DNA of 64,000 nucleotides from the human T2T-CHM13v2.0 reference genome, Homo sapiens: NCBI RefSeq assembly GCF_009914755.1, contig NC_060947.1; one strand, written 5' to 3'. The translations under genes were made by a program, and so were the position numbers. Every line of letters starts with the position of its first letter. The first letter of the stretch is position 1. Of this stretch, positions 14,886 through 29,164 are shown one piece after another. The notes beneath the pieces are model-generated. The model did not search any database. It saw only the letters and a list, made by a program, of their open reading frames with translations, and was not told the DNA's origin.

Positions 14886-17800
14886 GTCACTTCTGTCATA
14901 TACAAATAAAGCCAGCCTTCTAGCCAACTTACTTGTTGTGTTTTTCCCTTGGGACTCATAATTTTAAAATCTGTTGTTCTCTGTGGCACTCTTATCACAT
15001 GACCAAGCCCACAAAAGCCCACATTTTTTTTAGCATGAGAATAATTACACTGCCCAAGGGGGTATGGTAGAGGTTATTGGCTATATGCTATCTAGAATTA
15101 TTATAATAATTTCTCTAGACTAGTAATGGTACTCTTGATGTGGTTTCATGGCTGAGATTGTACAAGTGTATGTGTGTGTGTATTTGGATGGGTGAGAGTG
15201 TTTCCAGAGGAAAAGAGCTGAAGAACTTTTACTTAGCCACCCCATGAAATAACAGTGCTTATCAAAAGCAGTAAAAAATATCTATTTTTCTGTCTTTCAC
15301 AAATTTGTTTCTAACATATTTTAGGAACTATTTTGACCAGTTCATTTCAGGAAACTTTTATCATCCACCTTGAGAGTCATACTTCTGGAGTAAATGGATG
15401 TGGGAGAGGCGCCAAAACTATTAAATTACAGCATGAGTATGTACAAAGCATACATCACTAAGTTTTATATGGTTGGAAAAGTGATATTGATCTAACTTTC
15501 CCCCAAATCATCTGAAAATATAATTTTTTTACCCTTCTGTATACACTCATTTGCAATAAAATATATCTGTTCTGGAATCCTGTAAAGTTTGTCTTTCTCA
15601 GGGCAAGTACATTCCTTCATGCCAGAGAAGTGCATACATTATCATACTTATTAAAAAAAATACTTTCCAGAGTTTAGAACAAGGCGGTAAACTCCATTAC
15701 AGTCATCTCCATATGAGTTGCAAATATAAATTATTTGGCTTCATAAATGCCATATATTGTTGATAAAATACTTGGTTAATACTTAGTTATCAAATACATC
15801 TTCACGTTACTCCTGAGGAGTTTATCGATCCCTTATGTTTCATATTATGGGTCAGACTCTGTCCAAATTGTCCCAATGCAATATAGTCACTTCACCAAAG
15901 GGGTAAGTCAAATAAATACTTGGAAAATTTCTGACTTGATTATTTATAATCATGTAGAATGAGCAATTAGCTGAAGTTCTTATTTTTCAACCCATTGTTT
16001 TAGAGTCATACAAAATTGAATTAATGTGTGAGAGATTCCTTTTTTATGTTGTTGTTGTGGTTGCTGTTGTAATTACTTCTCTTTCTATTTTAGATAAAAG
16101 AAAATAGACCCCTTTGGAGTCCCTATAACACTGCTTCCAAGTGTGCTGTTCTCAAAATGCTAGTATAGATTACTAGCAGATACTGAATGACTGCTGTGGT
16201 ATTTCAAAGATATATTTTTCCATAAGATGTCCAATTTAGCATGGTAAAGCATAAGTAAGAATAGTTTCTGAGTAGTTATGTAGCAGGTATTAACTCTGGT
16301 GTATTGAGAGTTCTTCCCTAAAATTTAAACTGAGAAATATATTTTTGATTGTGTTATTATGGAAAGAACTAATGGACTCCTGTAAAGATCATATTTCCTC
16401 ATCAATCAAACAAGTTTTTGTTCTTACAGTAACAAAAGACTAATTTGTTTAATATTCATGAAACGAGAATAGGAGGGAAAGAATAGTGAGTTAAATGTTT
16501 ATATCACTTGAGGCCTGGTAATTTCCTTTCAATCATCTTTAAAGTAAGATAACTTTTCTCTTTCACGAATGAGACTCTAAGTCTTTATCCATTATTCTAG
16601 AAAACTGTCTTCTTGAATCTCAGATTATGTCATCAATGATCTCTTTGTTTTTCAAAGAGATATTATATTATCACACGACAGGATAGCTATTTAATTTCTG
16701 GGACACCTAACTTCTTAATGTGTACAGAGTAAATTTAATACAGTATGTGGTGCAGTAAATGATAATGAAAGAAATGTGTATTTAGATGAAAATAAATTCT
16801 ACGAGAGGTTTCATATGAAATAGAGGTTAATGGATTTCAGGAAAGAAATGGACTACAGTGTTTTGTCATTCAATTCTAGTAAGGTTTGATTTCTTTTATT
16901 GGATTGACTAATGACTGCTGGTGCTTGCCCTTTTCTTATCATAATAATTTGTAATAAATGGAAACACGGGAGACATTTCTTATTAGCTGAGAAATAGCAG
17001 GTTGGCCAATGACTTCTGCATGCTTGACTTGTCCCTCTACAACTTATTTTAGAACAAAATTAAGGTGATCTGAAAGATAGTTCTTTTCTGAAGAAGCAAG
17101 TTTGATTAGGAATTTATCTATTGGCTTGACTGGTGACTGTGTATATACATAAGGTATTTTTTAGAATAATTTGGGAATTGCAAAGTGATTTTATAAGTGA
17201 TGTGAATGGTACAAAGTTTTTATGGAATACCTTAGGGGAGACAAGTTTTTTCCTAAGAACATTTAACATATCAGTACTTGGCATGACATCACACAGTAAC
17301 CATTGAATAAAGCAGTCTCTCTGAGCAGGTCAAGTTTACCTAAAAAAATCAATAACTTTGTGAATAAGAAATAGTTTCCCAGAGGGATTAAAAGATGACA
17401 ACCAATCCATGCCAGTAGGACAAGATTTTGAAGAAACCCCTCCTAAACAAAAGAAAGTTTCACTTTGCAATTATAAGCTGGATAGTTTCCTACCTAATTC
17501 ATCTCCCACACAATATCATGTTTCTCTCCTTTTCTGTATTAGGGAACTTGCGACTTTTTACTGTTTTATCGTTCTCCAGTAGGAAGGAAACTCTTTTAGG
17601 GGCCTGGCTTTTTCATATTTGTATCTTCACAGACCTTGTATGTAGGAGGGGCTAGATAAATTGTTGTTGAGCAAATAAATAACTTGGATGACCACAGATG
17701 GATTCACGAAATTCCAGAGTGACAAAAGGTAGCCTCTGAAACAATAAAGACACAGTTTTAGGATGAATTAAAGGAAATACTGTTACACAGTTAATCATAT

Positions 17801-20800
17801 AAATTGTTATATTTCAAGAAATGATAAAGACTGAAAAAAGAAAAAACATTAAGTTTTTCATTCAGCAGTTTTTAATTGAGCTCCTGTAGTGCACTACTCT
17901 ACAAAGGGAAGTGGCTACAAAGATGAATAAGGCATGGTCTCTTTTCTAAAGGAGCATACACATGCTAATCTCATGCAAGACATACTTTTTTAAATGGGTT
18001 TTAAATCTACAAAGGATTATTAAGAGAACTAGGGATTTTTGTGATTATAGTGTTAATCTTGAAAGAATGAGTCACAGAGGGGAACTGTCTATCCACAGCG
18101 CTGTCTCAGTCTAGTAGATTCAGAGGATAGATGATTAGACTTACTAAATATTGAATGCCTCCCCTCTCTGAGGATCTTATGTACTTACTGTGATAATGCA
18201 ACTTAAAAAGAGATAACATGGATTCCATTAAAGTGCAACTTGCTAACTAGGAGTTGTCTCAACGTCAACGACTATCAAAATAGCTGACATGACCAGCACA
18301 ATTTCTATACACAAAATAACTCACACTTCTCACATTTACGGACTCAGATTGTCTATATGCAAACACATACTACTATATATAGTCCTTAAGTTTTGGAATG
18401 TATATGTGACCATTAAAAACTGAGTTATAATAAATAGATCAGTGCTTACGTATGGTTTAAATTTTTGGTCTCTAAATAAATGTGGCTTTTTGCACTTGGA
18501 TTTTTGGGGAGGAGAAATCTACTCAGAATGTCTAATACCTGACATCTGCTGATAAGATTTGTTTTCATGATTGAGGAAACATGGGTAGCTCACAAAACAA
18601 ATTCCCACATTATGTTTTGCTTTCATCACTAGTGAATATTTCGTCCTTTAGAGTACTGAAGACCTTGAATATTATTTCTAATGTTTTTCAAAAGAGGCTT
18701 CAGGTTACTTTTTTACTTTTTTCTCTTCCCCGTGGCCCCCCCTCACACTTGGACAAAATTTCAAATCGAGATGAGTTTAAAATTCTTTTCTGCCAACATG
18801 TATGCATTTAGTAAGAACTTGGGAAGTATTAAAGTAAAGCAAATAGTTTTTAAGGCAAAAATTCATCTAACAGTATTTCCTGAGGTTCATCTTAAAATAT
18901 TGTCATTTGCCTCCAAATTACCAATGCAATGCTGCTGTGAAAAGAGTTGTCACTGATAATAATAATAAACAATAACAGTACCACTTGCACAGTTCCTTTC
19001 ATCTTGAACGTTCTGAAAAAATCCTATAAAGGATGCATTTCTGATATATAACCATCTCTAGAGAAAACTTGGAAGCTATTTAACAGCTGGCCATCAGTTA
19101 GAGACGGGAAGTAAAGAACGTGTTTCCCAGAAGAAATTGCAGGGTATACAATGTAATTACCTAATTTAAAATTAGTTTAAGACACTGGAGCTAATTGATG
19201 TCCATATCATTGAAAAAGTCACACTAGATAATTAGTCAGTACAAAGTAGTCAGGACTTTAATTGTACATTTTAGCTCAAGGACAAAGCTTTCAGTAACAG
19301 TGTCTTCTCGAATGCTGCTTCAGTACTGCCTAAACACAGAGTCATGGTGTGAAGCAACCAGGAGATGTGATAGTTTCTTAGCTGGGTGTATAATGTACAC
19401 ATACAAACAAACAAAAAGAAATATTAAAGCCTGTAGATTTATTGGGTGAATTTGTAAATACAGTAATGTGTCCTGACACCAAATGCCAACGGTTAATTTT
19501 ACTGTGCAGCTTCACAGCTTCTTGACAGTGCAGGTGTACCCCATTATGTGGGGTTTCACCAACTAGACATTTACCATAACAGAAAAGTAGGGAATAAATT
19601 CAATATATGCTTCCAGAAATGTCACATGAACTGAAATTTGCCAGCAGACAAACAGTTTCTGAGAGCATATACAAAATGAGCTCTCCAGTTGTCTGTACCT
19701 TGCCACAGAAACAGCAGGATGTGACCAGCTGCTACTCGTATCTCCCACAGCTTGATCCTGGATGTGACATCAAATCTAGGCTGTGGCAATGGGGGATGAG
19801 AAGTTGTCTGCATGAGGCAAACATTTGAAACTAAAGCAAGGTGGAAAGAGCAGGACTTCCTGCATTCCATGCCTGAATTGAGCCATGGCTTCAGGCAGCT
19901 GGCAGATGTTTTGAGTTAGTGGAGTAACTGTACCCCTCTTGCGCTATAATCACCTTTGGGCAGGAACATAAAAAAAAAAACAAAAAAAAAACCTGCAATA
20001 GTTCAGGGACACATTTCTTCATTCCTTAAATTATTATAAAGGTTGATAGAAAAAGATAACTTGTTTTACACAAATTTGCTTTACAAGCCATTTTTCTGGG
20101 TGGTAATTATTAGTTAAATCAAGTAATGTCCAAATATGATGTAATTGGCTAGTAATTAAATGGTTAAATATTGAAAAGGCAACAATAACCTGCGAACATT
20201 AAGTAACATAGTTCAGGGGAGAAATAAACATTCTTTGAATAGTTTAGCTTAGGGAATAAACATTTTGTTTACTTGGTATGTGGTTCTAATGTCCCATGTC
20301 CAGGAATATTTTGATGTTAATATTGATGTATGAGGTTATTCCTATCTTACCAACCCCTACCCCATATGATTAATTAGTAACAATTGTGAATCCCTAGGGT
20401 AGGAAGTGGAATAATGCCAATTTCCTAGACACAACTAATATTGTTAATTATATAAACCCAAAGGAAACAAGATTGAAAAGTGAAATACAGGATCAAGTAT
20501 GGGGAAGCTTATCTGACATCTGTAGGCATAGGTGCACTTTACAAAAATGACTTTATATAGCTGATGTCAATCTCTCTATTGGTTTGACTTTTAAAATATA
20601 AACTATGTTTTAAAAATTTTCAAGAACAATTAAAACATTTCTCTAACTTCTTAAGGACAGTATCCATTAGATAATTTAATAGGACTATTATCTTTGATAA
20701 TTACTGATTACTATACATAATGATCATTCTTTTTGGTTGAAAAAGAGAGATGCCCCAAGATGCTACTGAGACTGTAGTGTTGTTTGCCCAAAAGGTAAGC

Positions 20801-21671
20801 AAAGACATATTCTTTATGCTCCAGCTCACTATTTATGGCTATCTTGTCCCTCAGGATTGTGAGCTATTATATCAGGTTTCACTGAGATCAATGTACCTAT
20901 AATGCACCCATAGTTTTACCTTTCTAATATACTATTTCTGTTATATTTTGGATAAGACACTAAGTAAATAAGTCTGTGATCATTTGACACAAGTAGGTGA
21001 AGGACATTATGTCATGGGTTTGATGGCAAATAATTATGTTTCTTGCTATCAGTTTCTTGTGTTCTGCCTAGCTTAAAATTGCAGAATCTTAATCTCCAAA
21101 TAAAAACCAAGTTACAGTTCATAAGACTTCATTTCGAAAGAAAATCAGGAAAATAACACAGTCATAGCAGCCATTATGGGTGGAGAGAATTTGCAGAGAG
21201 AAAGATGAAAATACTAAGCCTAGGATAGAAATCCAAAGTCTCAGCTCTCAGTAGAATATTTCTAAATTGCAGTCCTACAGTTTATTTATAAATAACCTTG
21301 GTGATACATTAAAAATGTAATCAATTACCTGCAAAACAGTCTTAAGAATGTAATTCCAAGGTAGCCATTACAAATTTTTAAAACTATAACTGGCCAAGCC
21401 TTCCATCATATCTTTAGCCCAGATTTGCATCTTTATCAATTTTATTAATTTTAGGTAGGATTCCTGTAGCCAACAGAATAAGTATACTAAATACTTTCAA
21501 ATATTTAAAGTCAAATATTGTGTCCAACATGAGTCTTTTTTCTCCTCCGTGCAAATAATCTGGAGTGCCCTCATGTCTTCCTAAAATGACATGGTTTCAA
21601 GTCTTCCAATCATTCTTGTTTCTCCTCTGTGAACATGTTACATTTTCTCAGTGGGCATTCAGAACTGAGTA

Positions 21672-21846
21672 CAGGTGCTCCTTGACATACCACATTATTA
21701 CAACCTGATAAACTCATCATAAATTGAAAATACTGTTAAGGCAAACCCCATTATAAGTCAAGGAGCATGCTGAATGTGTATCGCTTTCCCACCACTGTAA
21801 TGTTGAAAAATTGTAAATTGAACCATGGCGAGTCAGGAACCATATG
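21672..21846 (+). mobile_element. MER47-type TcMar-Tigger MITE, internally deleted
   Basis: caggtgctccttgac... start, ctgaatgtgtatcgctttc...agtcaggaaccatatg end, TA flanks. Confidence 0.75.
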
Positions 21847-21848
21847 TA

Positions 21849-22126
21849 CAATAGTCTTCTTTTATCCACAATTTCACTTTCTGTTTTTTTGTTTTACTTA
21901 TGGTACAGGACAATAAGACTTTTTTGAGAGAGAGAGAGAGACCACATTCACGTAACTTTCATTACAGTATATTGTTTTAATTGTTCTAATTTATTTTTAG
22001 TTATTGTTAATCTCCTACTGTGCCTAATTTGTAAATCAAACTTCATAATTGGTATATATGTATAGGAATATATATATATACATAAAACCATATATATATA
22101 TATATAAACCATATATTTATATAACC

Positions 22127-22167
<41 letters not shown>

Positions 22168-22242
22168 TCAAAACTATCCACAATTTCAGGCATCTAATAT
22201 GGGTGTTGGAATGTATCGCCCATGGATAAGGGTGAATTATTG
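21849..22242 (+). mobile_element. MER44A-type TcMar-Tigger MITE with internal (TA)n expansion (~22065-22163)
   Basis: TIRs caatagtc..ttatcca / tggataa..aattattg, gagagagaccacattcac core, TA flanks. Confidence 0.85.
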
Positions 22243-22574
22243 TACAATGGTCCAGCTGTAATTGTGTCAATGTAAACTAAGTTGAAAGTTATTTGCGACT
22301 TTCATCTGAACTGCAATGCTTTTCTAAGTGCTTTTGCACTCATATCTTGTTGCATTTGCTTTTATCATCTTTCTGGAATTTTAGGTATTCTAAATTTAAT
22401 ATGTAAAGGGGTGTTTCAGACACAATTTTATATTTTTAATGGTAGTTCTTAAGTGTGCTGCTTATTATGAATGGTGAGATGATTTGTTTTTCTAATGGAT
22501 GCCTTTTCCTCTTTTGTTTACTTAGGAAATTTTTGGCTGGTTTGTCTAAAGCCCCTATCCCTTAATTTTAATAT

Positions 22575-22868
22575 GATATAATATAATTTAAATATACATA
22601 TTATTTTTATATTTACTATAATATATTATAATTAATATGCTAATTATAATATATAATTATATAATACAACATAATAATTATATAAAATTATATTTAATAT
22701 AAAATAATTAATTATATAAAATTATATTTAATATAATATAATTAATTATACTATAAAATTATATTTAATATAATATAATTAATTATAATATAAAATTATA
22801 TTTAATATAATATAATTAATTATAATATAAAATTATATTTAATATAATATAATTAATTATAATATAAT
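22575..22868. repeat. AT-only low-complexity tract with a 37-bp minisatellite (about 5 copies, ~22677-22868)
   Basis: Unit ttaatataatataattaattataatataaaattatat. Confidence 0.9.
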
Positions 22869-24371
22869 ACAATTTTATTTTTAGGATCTCTGAATGGATG
22901 CCAAATCACTTGAAAGCAAGTTCCATTTTAGTCAAACTGAAATTGGATATTGGATATTGGATCATTAGTAAAACTGATTTTAGCCAATGTGGGTGTTCTG
23001 CTGAAAACTGGACTAGGAGTTCAATTTTCTAGCTCAGGACCCCATTTGTTTAGTGCAGTTTCAGATACTATTGGCTTAATTGGCAGTTCTATCATGCTTT
23101 TATAATATTTTGAGCTGGCTTTATCTCAGAGTTGTTTTTAAAAATTATACATTAAACACAGTCTGCTCTTAAATCACACTTCCTCTTTGTTATATCTGAG
23201 AAATTGTGATATGTCTGTAGCCAAGTTCTTAATAGATCTGGTTCATTGCTAAGGTCATCAATAATAGGTTGAGATTGCTTTTTCAATTCCTGATCCTATG
23301 GATTTGATCAGCATATTATCAGTATGCTCATCCTCATCATTGATTCTTAAAAAAATATTTATTGGCTTCCTAATTTATGTCAAACACTGAGTGAAAGTCT
23401 AGCTTCATAGTGATCCTAGTCTGGTGAGGCCATTCCCAAATATAAAAAAAGAGAGAATGACTAAAGACAGGTTCCTCTGGTTTTACACTAGAGAACTCTC
23501 TCTAAGTTTGGTTGTTTAATTGAAACTCTTTGAGTATTATTATTTAGTCAGCTATGAATTGACCTGTGTCCTAACATCAATCCATTTTCTTCACAAAAAT
23601 AACATAAGGGCTTGTCATATTCCTTGGAAAAATCCACATACACTATTTGCATCATTCTTTTGATTTAGTAAATACTGAGAGGAATGGAGATGGAAAGAAT
23701 GGTAAAAAGGATTCAAGTCATGAATTTTTTGTTTTCAATTAAGAGCTTGCATGGGGGGAAGTAGCAGAATGGGCAGTTTGGAAAAGATGAGTAGAATGTA
23801 GCAAGGAGAAAGTAAAGTGGGGAAAAACAAACGAAAAAACCACAGTTATACAAATAGCAAAATTCTTGGTCATAAAATCTTTTGGCCTCTGGATAAATGC
23901 TGCCAAATAAAAAGCATTTTCCATGTGCCTGACCAGAAGAGCCATCTACATGCTCCTTTTTATTTTACGTATATTCCTAAAAACTGTGGTTTGCTTTTCA
24001 GAAAAGCTGTCTGTTTATATTTTCTTCATGATGCAGTGAATTGCAATGTTCATGTCAGAGAGCATTAATCTGAGAAGAAAAAAGGACCGTGCAACTTTAC
24101 AACATGGAATCATTTTCTTCTGTGTGTTTTCCTTTTCCATTCACTGGAGTAAGTAAGCAAGCATCTCTGTGAGTGGATTTAAGCATTTTGATTGAATGCT
24201 GTCTTCTTTACAAACAAAAGCAAACAAATCAATGCAAATTCAAAAATAAAAGTGGGATTGCCTTTGAAAACACAGTCCTGAGGTGCTCTTAGCAAAGAAA
24301 AACCCAGATAATCTACAAATGACAACTGCATATTTAGTGCGGCTTTAATGAGTCTCAGAACATTTAAAATT

Positions 24372-24600
24372 TGTGGTGTGATGGAAAGAGCACTGCATAT
24401 GAGCAGGATGCTTGGATTCCAATGCTGATTCCTCTACGAGTGTCCTGTATATCATGACTCCTTTATGAGCTTTCTGTATACCAAACCTCATTTCTGTGAG
24501 TTTTTTGTAACTCACTTATCTTCTCTAAGTAGTCTCCCTTCTGACAAATAAAGGGGTTAGACATTGTTTGAAAGGTACTTTTTAGCTCTGATGTTATTCC
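24372..24600 (+). mobile_element. MIR (MIRc/MIR3-like)
   Basis: tggtgtgatggaaagagcactg start; aggggttagac...agctctga tail. Confidence 0.55.
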
Positions 24601-25316
24601 TTACATAGCAAGTAAAATGTCAACAAAGCTTATAATAAAGCTCTCCTCTGTGTTCTTGCAAGGGGATGACATAAATTTGAACCCATTCTGCAACAAGGAC
24701 TTTTTTTAAAAGCCCTATAACTAAACCTTTTTGAATGGAGTTCAAGACCTGCCTGCCACTGAATCTCAAGTATACTGAGGCTCTGGTACTTACTCTGGCT
24801 TTCTGACACTTCAGGTCTGTCTCTTGAGACCATGAAGAAACCTGGCTGGCTCTACCCTATCCTGCAACAGTTCCCTCATCTATAGTGGAAAAATAAGCAC
24901 AATCTCTTTTTTATGCAGGCCATCATTCAAAATCCTTTCTTATATTGGCTGGGGAGGAAGTACAGGGGCAAGAACTGTTAAGTCTGAATGAAAGGCCTTA
25001 TCAGAGAGGGTTCAAACTAGGCTGTCTTTTGAGTTGTTTACTTTTGGATGGCCGCTAGAAAAAAGGCTGAGGCTGAGCTCTTTTTTTTTTTAAATTTTTT
25101 ATTTTTAGCTTTTATTTTAAGTTCAGGGGTACAAGTGCAAGTTTGTTACATAGGTAAACTTGTGTCATGGGGGTTTGGTACAGATTATCTCATCACCCAG
25201 GTATTAAGCCTAGTACCCATTAGTTATGTTTCCTAATCTCCCTCCTCCAACACTCCACTCTGTGAAAGGCCCCAGTGTGTGTTGCTCCCTTCTATGTGTC
25301 CCTGTGTTCTCATCAT

Positions 25317-28300
25317 TTAGCTCCCACTTATAAGTGAGAACATGCAGTATTTGGTTTTTTGTTCCTGTGTTAGTTTGCTAGGGATAATGGCCTCCAGCTC
25401 CATCTATGCTCCCGCAAAGGACATGATCTCATTATTTTTTATGGCTGCATAGTATTTTCTGGTGTATATAAACCATACTTTTTATCCAGTCTATCACTGA
25501 TGGACATTTAGGTTGATTCCATGTCTTTGCCACTGTGAGCAGTGCTGCAATAAACATATGCATGCACATATCTTTATAATAGAATGACTTATATTCCTCT
25601 GGGTATATACCCAGTAATGGAATTGCTTTGTCTAATGGTATTTCTGTCTTTAGGTCTTTGAGGAATTGCCACACTTTCTTCCACAATGGCTGAACAAATT
25701 TACACTCCCACCAACAGTGTAAAAGAGTTCCTTTTTTCTCCACAACCTCACCAACATCTGTTATTTTTTGACTTTTTAATAATAGCCATTCTGACTGGTG
25801 TTAAATGGTATCGCACTGTGGTTTTGATTTGCATTCCTCTAATGATCAGTGATGTTAAGCTTTTTTCCATATGATTGTTGGCCATATGTATGTCTTTTGA
25901 AAAGTGTCTATTCAGGTCCTTTGCCCACTTTTTTATGGAGTTGTTTTTCTCTTGTAAATGTGTTCAAGTTCCTTACAGAGGCTGGCTGTTAGACCTTTGT
26001 CACATGCATAGTTTGCAAAAATTTTCTTGCATTCTGTAGGTTGTCTGTTTACTCTGTTGATAGTCTCCTTTGCTTTGTAGAAGCTCTTTAGTTTAATTAG
26101 GTGCCATTTGTCAATTTTTTCTTTTGTTGCAATTGCTTTTGACATTTTCATCATGAAATATTTGCCCATGCCTATGTCCTAAATGGTATTGCCTAGGTTG
26201 TCTTCCAGGGTTTTTATAGTTTTGAGTTTTACATTTAAGTCTTTAATCCATCTTGAATTAATTTTTGTATATGTTGTAAGGAAGGGGTCCAGTTTCAATT
26301 TTCTGTATATGGCTAGCCAGTTATCCCAGTACCATTTATTGATTAGAGAATCCTTTCCCCATTGCTTGTTTTTGTCAGGTTTGTAAAAAATCAGATAGTT
26401 GTAGGTGTGGAGTTTTATTTCTGGGTTTTTTATTCTGTTCCATTGGTTTATGTGTCAGTTTTTGTACCAGTGCCATGGTTTTTTGGTTACTGTAGCCCTG
26501 TAGTATAGTTTTAAAGTTGGGTAACATGATGTCTCCAGCTTTGTTCTTCTTGCTTAGGATTGCCTTGGCTATTTGGGCTCTCTTTTGGTTCCATATGAAT
26601 TTTGAAATAGTTTTTCCTAGTTCTGTGAAGAATGTCAATGACAGTTTAATGGAAATAGCATTGAATGTATAAATTGCTTTGGGCAGTATGGCCGTTTTAG
26701 TGATATTGATTCTTTCTATCCATGAGTATGGAATGTTTTTCCATTTGTTTGTGTTATCTCTGATTTCTTTGAGCAATGGTTTATAGTTCTCCATATAGAG
26801 ATCTTTCACCTCCCTAGTTGCTGTATTCTTAGGTATTTATTCTTTCTGTGTCAGTTGTGAATGGGATTGCCTTTTTGATTTGGCTCTCCGCTTGACTGTT
26901 GCTGGTGTATAGAAATGCTAGTGATATTTGCACATTGATTTTGTATCCTGAGACTTTGCTGAAATTTTTTATCAGCTTAAGAAGCTTTTGGCTGAGAGGA
27001 TGAGGTTTTCTAGATATAGGATCATGTCTTCCGCAAAAAGGGATAGTTTGACTTTTTCTCTTTCTATTTGAGTGCTCTTTATTTCTTTCTCTTGCATGAT
27101 TGACTTGCCCAGAATTTCCCGTGTTGCATAGGATTGGTGAGAGAAGGCATCCTTGTCTTGTTCCAGTTTTCAAGGGGGATGCTTCCAGCTTTTGGCCATT
27201 CAGTATAATGTTAGTCGTGGGTTAGTCATAGATGGCCCTTATTATTTTGAAATATGTTCCTTCAATTCTTAGTTTATTTAGAGTTTTTAACATGAAGGGA
27301 TATTGAATTGTATCGAAGGCTTTTTCTGTATCTATTGAGATAGCCATGTGATTTTTGCCTTTAGTTCTGTTTATGTGATGAATCATATTTATTGATTTGC
27401 ATATGTTGAGCTAATCTTGAATCCCAGAGATGACGCCTACTTAATAGTGGTGGATAAACTTTTTGATATGTTGCTGGATTTGATTTGTCAGTATTTTGTT
27501 GAGGATTTTTCCATCAATGTTCATCAAAGATGTTGGCCTGAAGTTTTGTTTTTTTACTATTCATGTATCTCTGTCAGGTTTTGGTATCAGGATGCTGCTG
27601 CCCTCATAGAATCAGCTGGGGAGGAGTCCCTCTTCTAAATTTTTGGAATAGTTTCTGTAGAAATAGTGCCAGCTTTTCTTTGTACATCTGGTAGACTTCA
27701 GCTGTGAATTCATCAGATCCTGGGCTTTTTTTGGTTGGTAGGTTATTTATTACTGATTCAATTTCAGAGCTCATTATTGGTCTGTTCAGGAAATCAGCTT
27801 CTTCCTGGTTCAGTCTTGGGAGGTTGCATGTGTCCAGGAATTTATCCATTTCTTTTAGATGTTCTAGATTATGTGCATAAAGGTGTTTATAATATTCTCT
27901 GATAATTTGTATTTCTGTGGGATCAGTGCTAATTTTCCCCTTGTTGTTTCTGGTTGTTTTTATTTGATTCCTCTCTCCTTTCTTCTTCATTAGTCTAGCT
28001 AGTGGTCTATTTATTTATTTTTTCAAAAAGACAGCTCCTGGATTTGTTGATCTTTGGAATTTTGTGTGTGTGTCTATCTCTTTCAGTTCAGCTCTGATTT
28101 TGGTTATTTCTTATCTTCTGCTAGCTTTGTTATTTGTTTGCTCTTGGTTCTCTAGTTCCTTTACTTGTAATGTTAGGTTGTTAACTGGAGCTCTTTCTAA
28201 CTTTTTGATTGGGCATTTAGTGCTATAAATTTCCCTCTTAACCCTGTAGCTATGTCCCAGAGATTCTGGTACATTGTCTCTTTGTTCTCATTAGTTTCAA

Positions 28301-29098
28301 AGAACTTGATTTCTGCCTTAATTTCATTATTTACCCCAAAACCATTCAATAACAGGTTATTGAATGTAATTGTATGGTTTTGAGTGAATTTCTCAGTCTT
28401 GAATTCTAATTTGATTGCACTGTGGTCTGAGAGATGGTTTGTTATCATTTCAGTTCTTTTGCATTTGCTGAGGAGTGTTTTACTTTCAGTTATGTGATTG
28501 ATTTTAGAGTAAGTGCCATGTGGTGATGAGCAGAATGTATATTCTGTTATATTTTGGGAAAGGTTCTGTAGATACCTATCTAGTCCATTTGATCCAGGGC
28601 TGAGGTTCAGGTCCTGAATATCTTTGTTATTTTCTGCTAGATGATTTGTCTAATATTGTCAGTGGGGTGTTAACATCTCCCACTATTATTGTGTGGGAGT
28701 CTAAATCTCTTTGCAGGTCTCTAAGAACTTGCTTTCCAAATCTGGGTGCTCTTGTGTTGCATGCATATGTATTTAGGATAGTTAGATCTCCTTTTTGAAT
28801 TAAATCCTTTACCCTTATGTAATGCCCTCCTTTATCTTTTTAAAATCTTTGTTGGTTTAAAGTCTGTTTTGTCAGAAACTAGGATTGCTTTTTTCTGTTT
28901 TCCATTTGCTTGGTAGATTTTCCTCCATCTGTTTACTGTGATCCTATGTGTATCATTGCATGTGGGATGGATCTCTTGAAGACAGCATACCAATGGATCT
29001 TAGTTCTTTATCCAGTTTGCCACTCTGTGTCTTTTAATTGGGGTGTTTACATTTACATTTAAGGTTATTATTAATATCTGTGTATTTGATCCTGTCAT
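25317..29098 (-). pseudogene. LINE-1 ORF2 (endonuclease / reverse transcriptase), multiply disrupted
   Basis: ATGACAGGATCA start at 29098. Fragments include [49 protein letters not shown]. Confidence 0.9.
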
Positions 29099-29164
29099 CA
29101 TTATGTTAGCTGGTTAGTTTGCAGATTTGTTTATGTGGTTGCTTTATAATGTCACTGGTCTCTG

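Larger units (their letters stand above)
21560..23660 (-). mobile_element. Highly decayed L3/CR1 LINE fragments, interrupted by MITEs and a minisatellite
   Basis: Rejoined cagaactgagta|caatggtccag resembles the antisense CR1 LEYCVQF motif. Further CR1-like patches near 23300 and 23620. Confidence 0.4.

Noticed and set aside
20654-20800. Possible exon ending at aag|gtaagc
   Set aside because: Weak acceptor, no recognisable coding sequence and no supporting neighbouring exons.
13888-22868. CRISPR-like arrays in the periodic AT repeats
   Set aside because: They are head-to-tail units with no unique spacers and no cas genes, in primate DNA.
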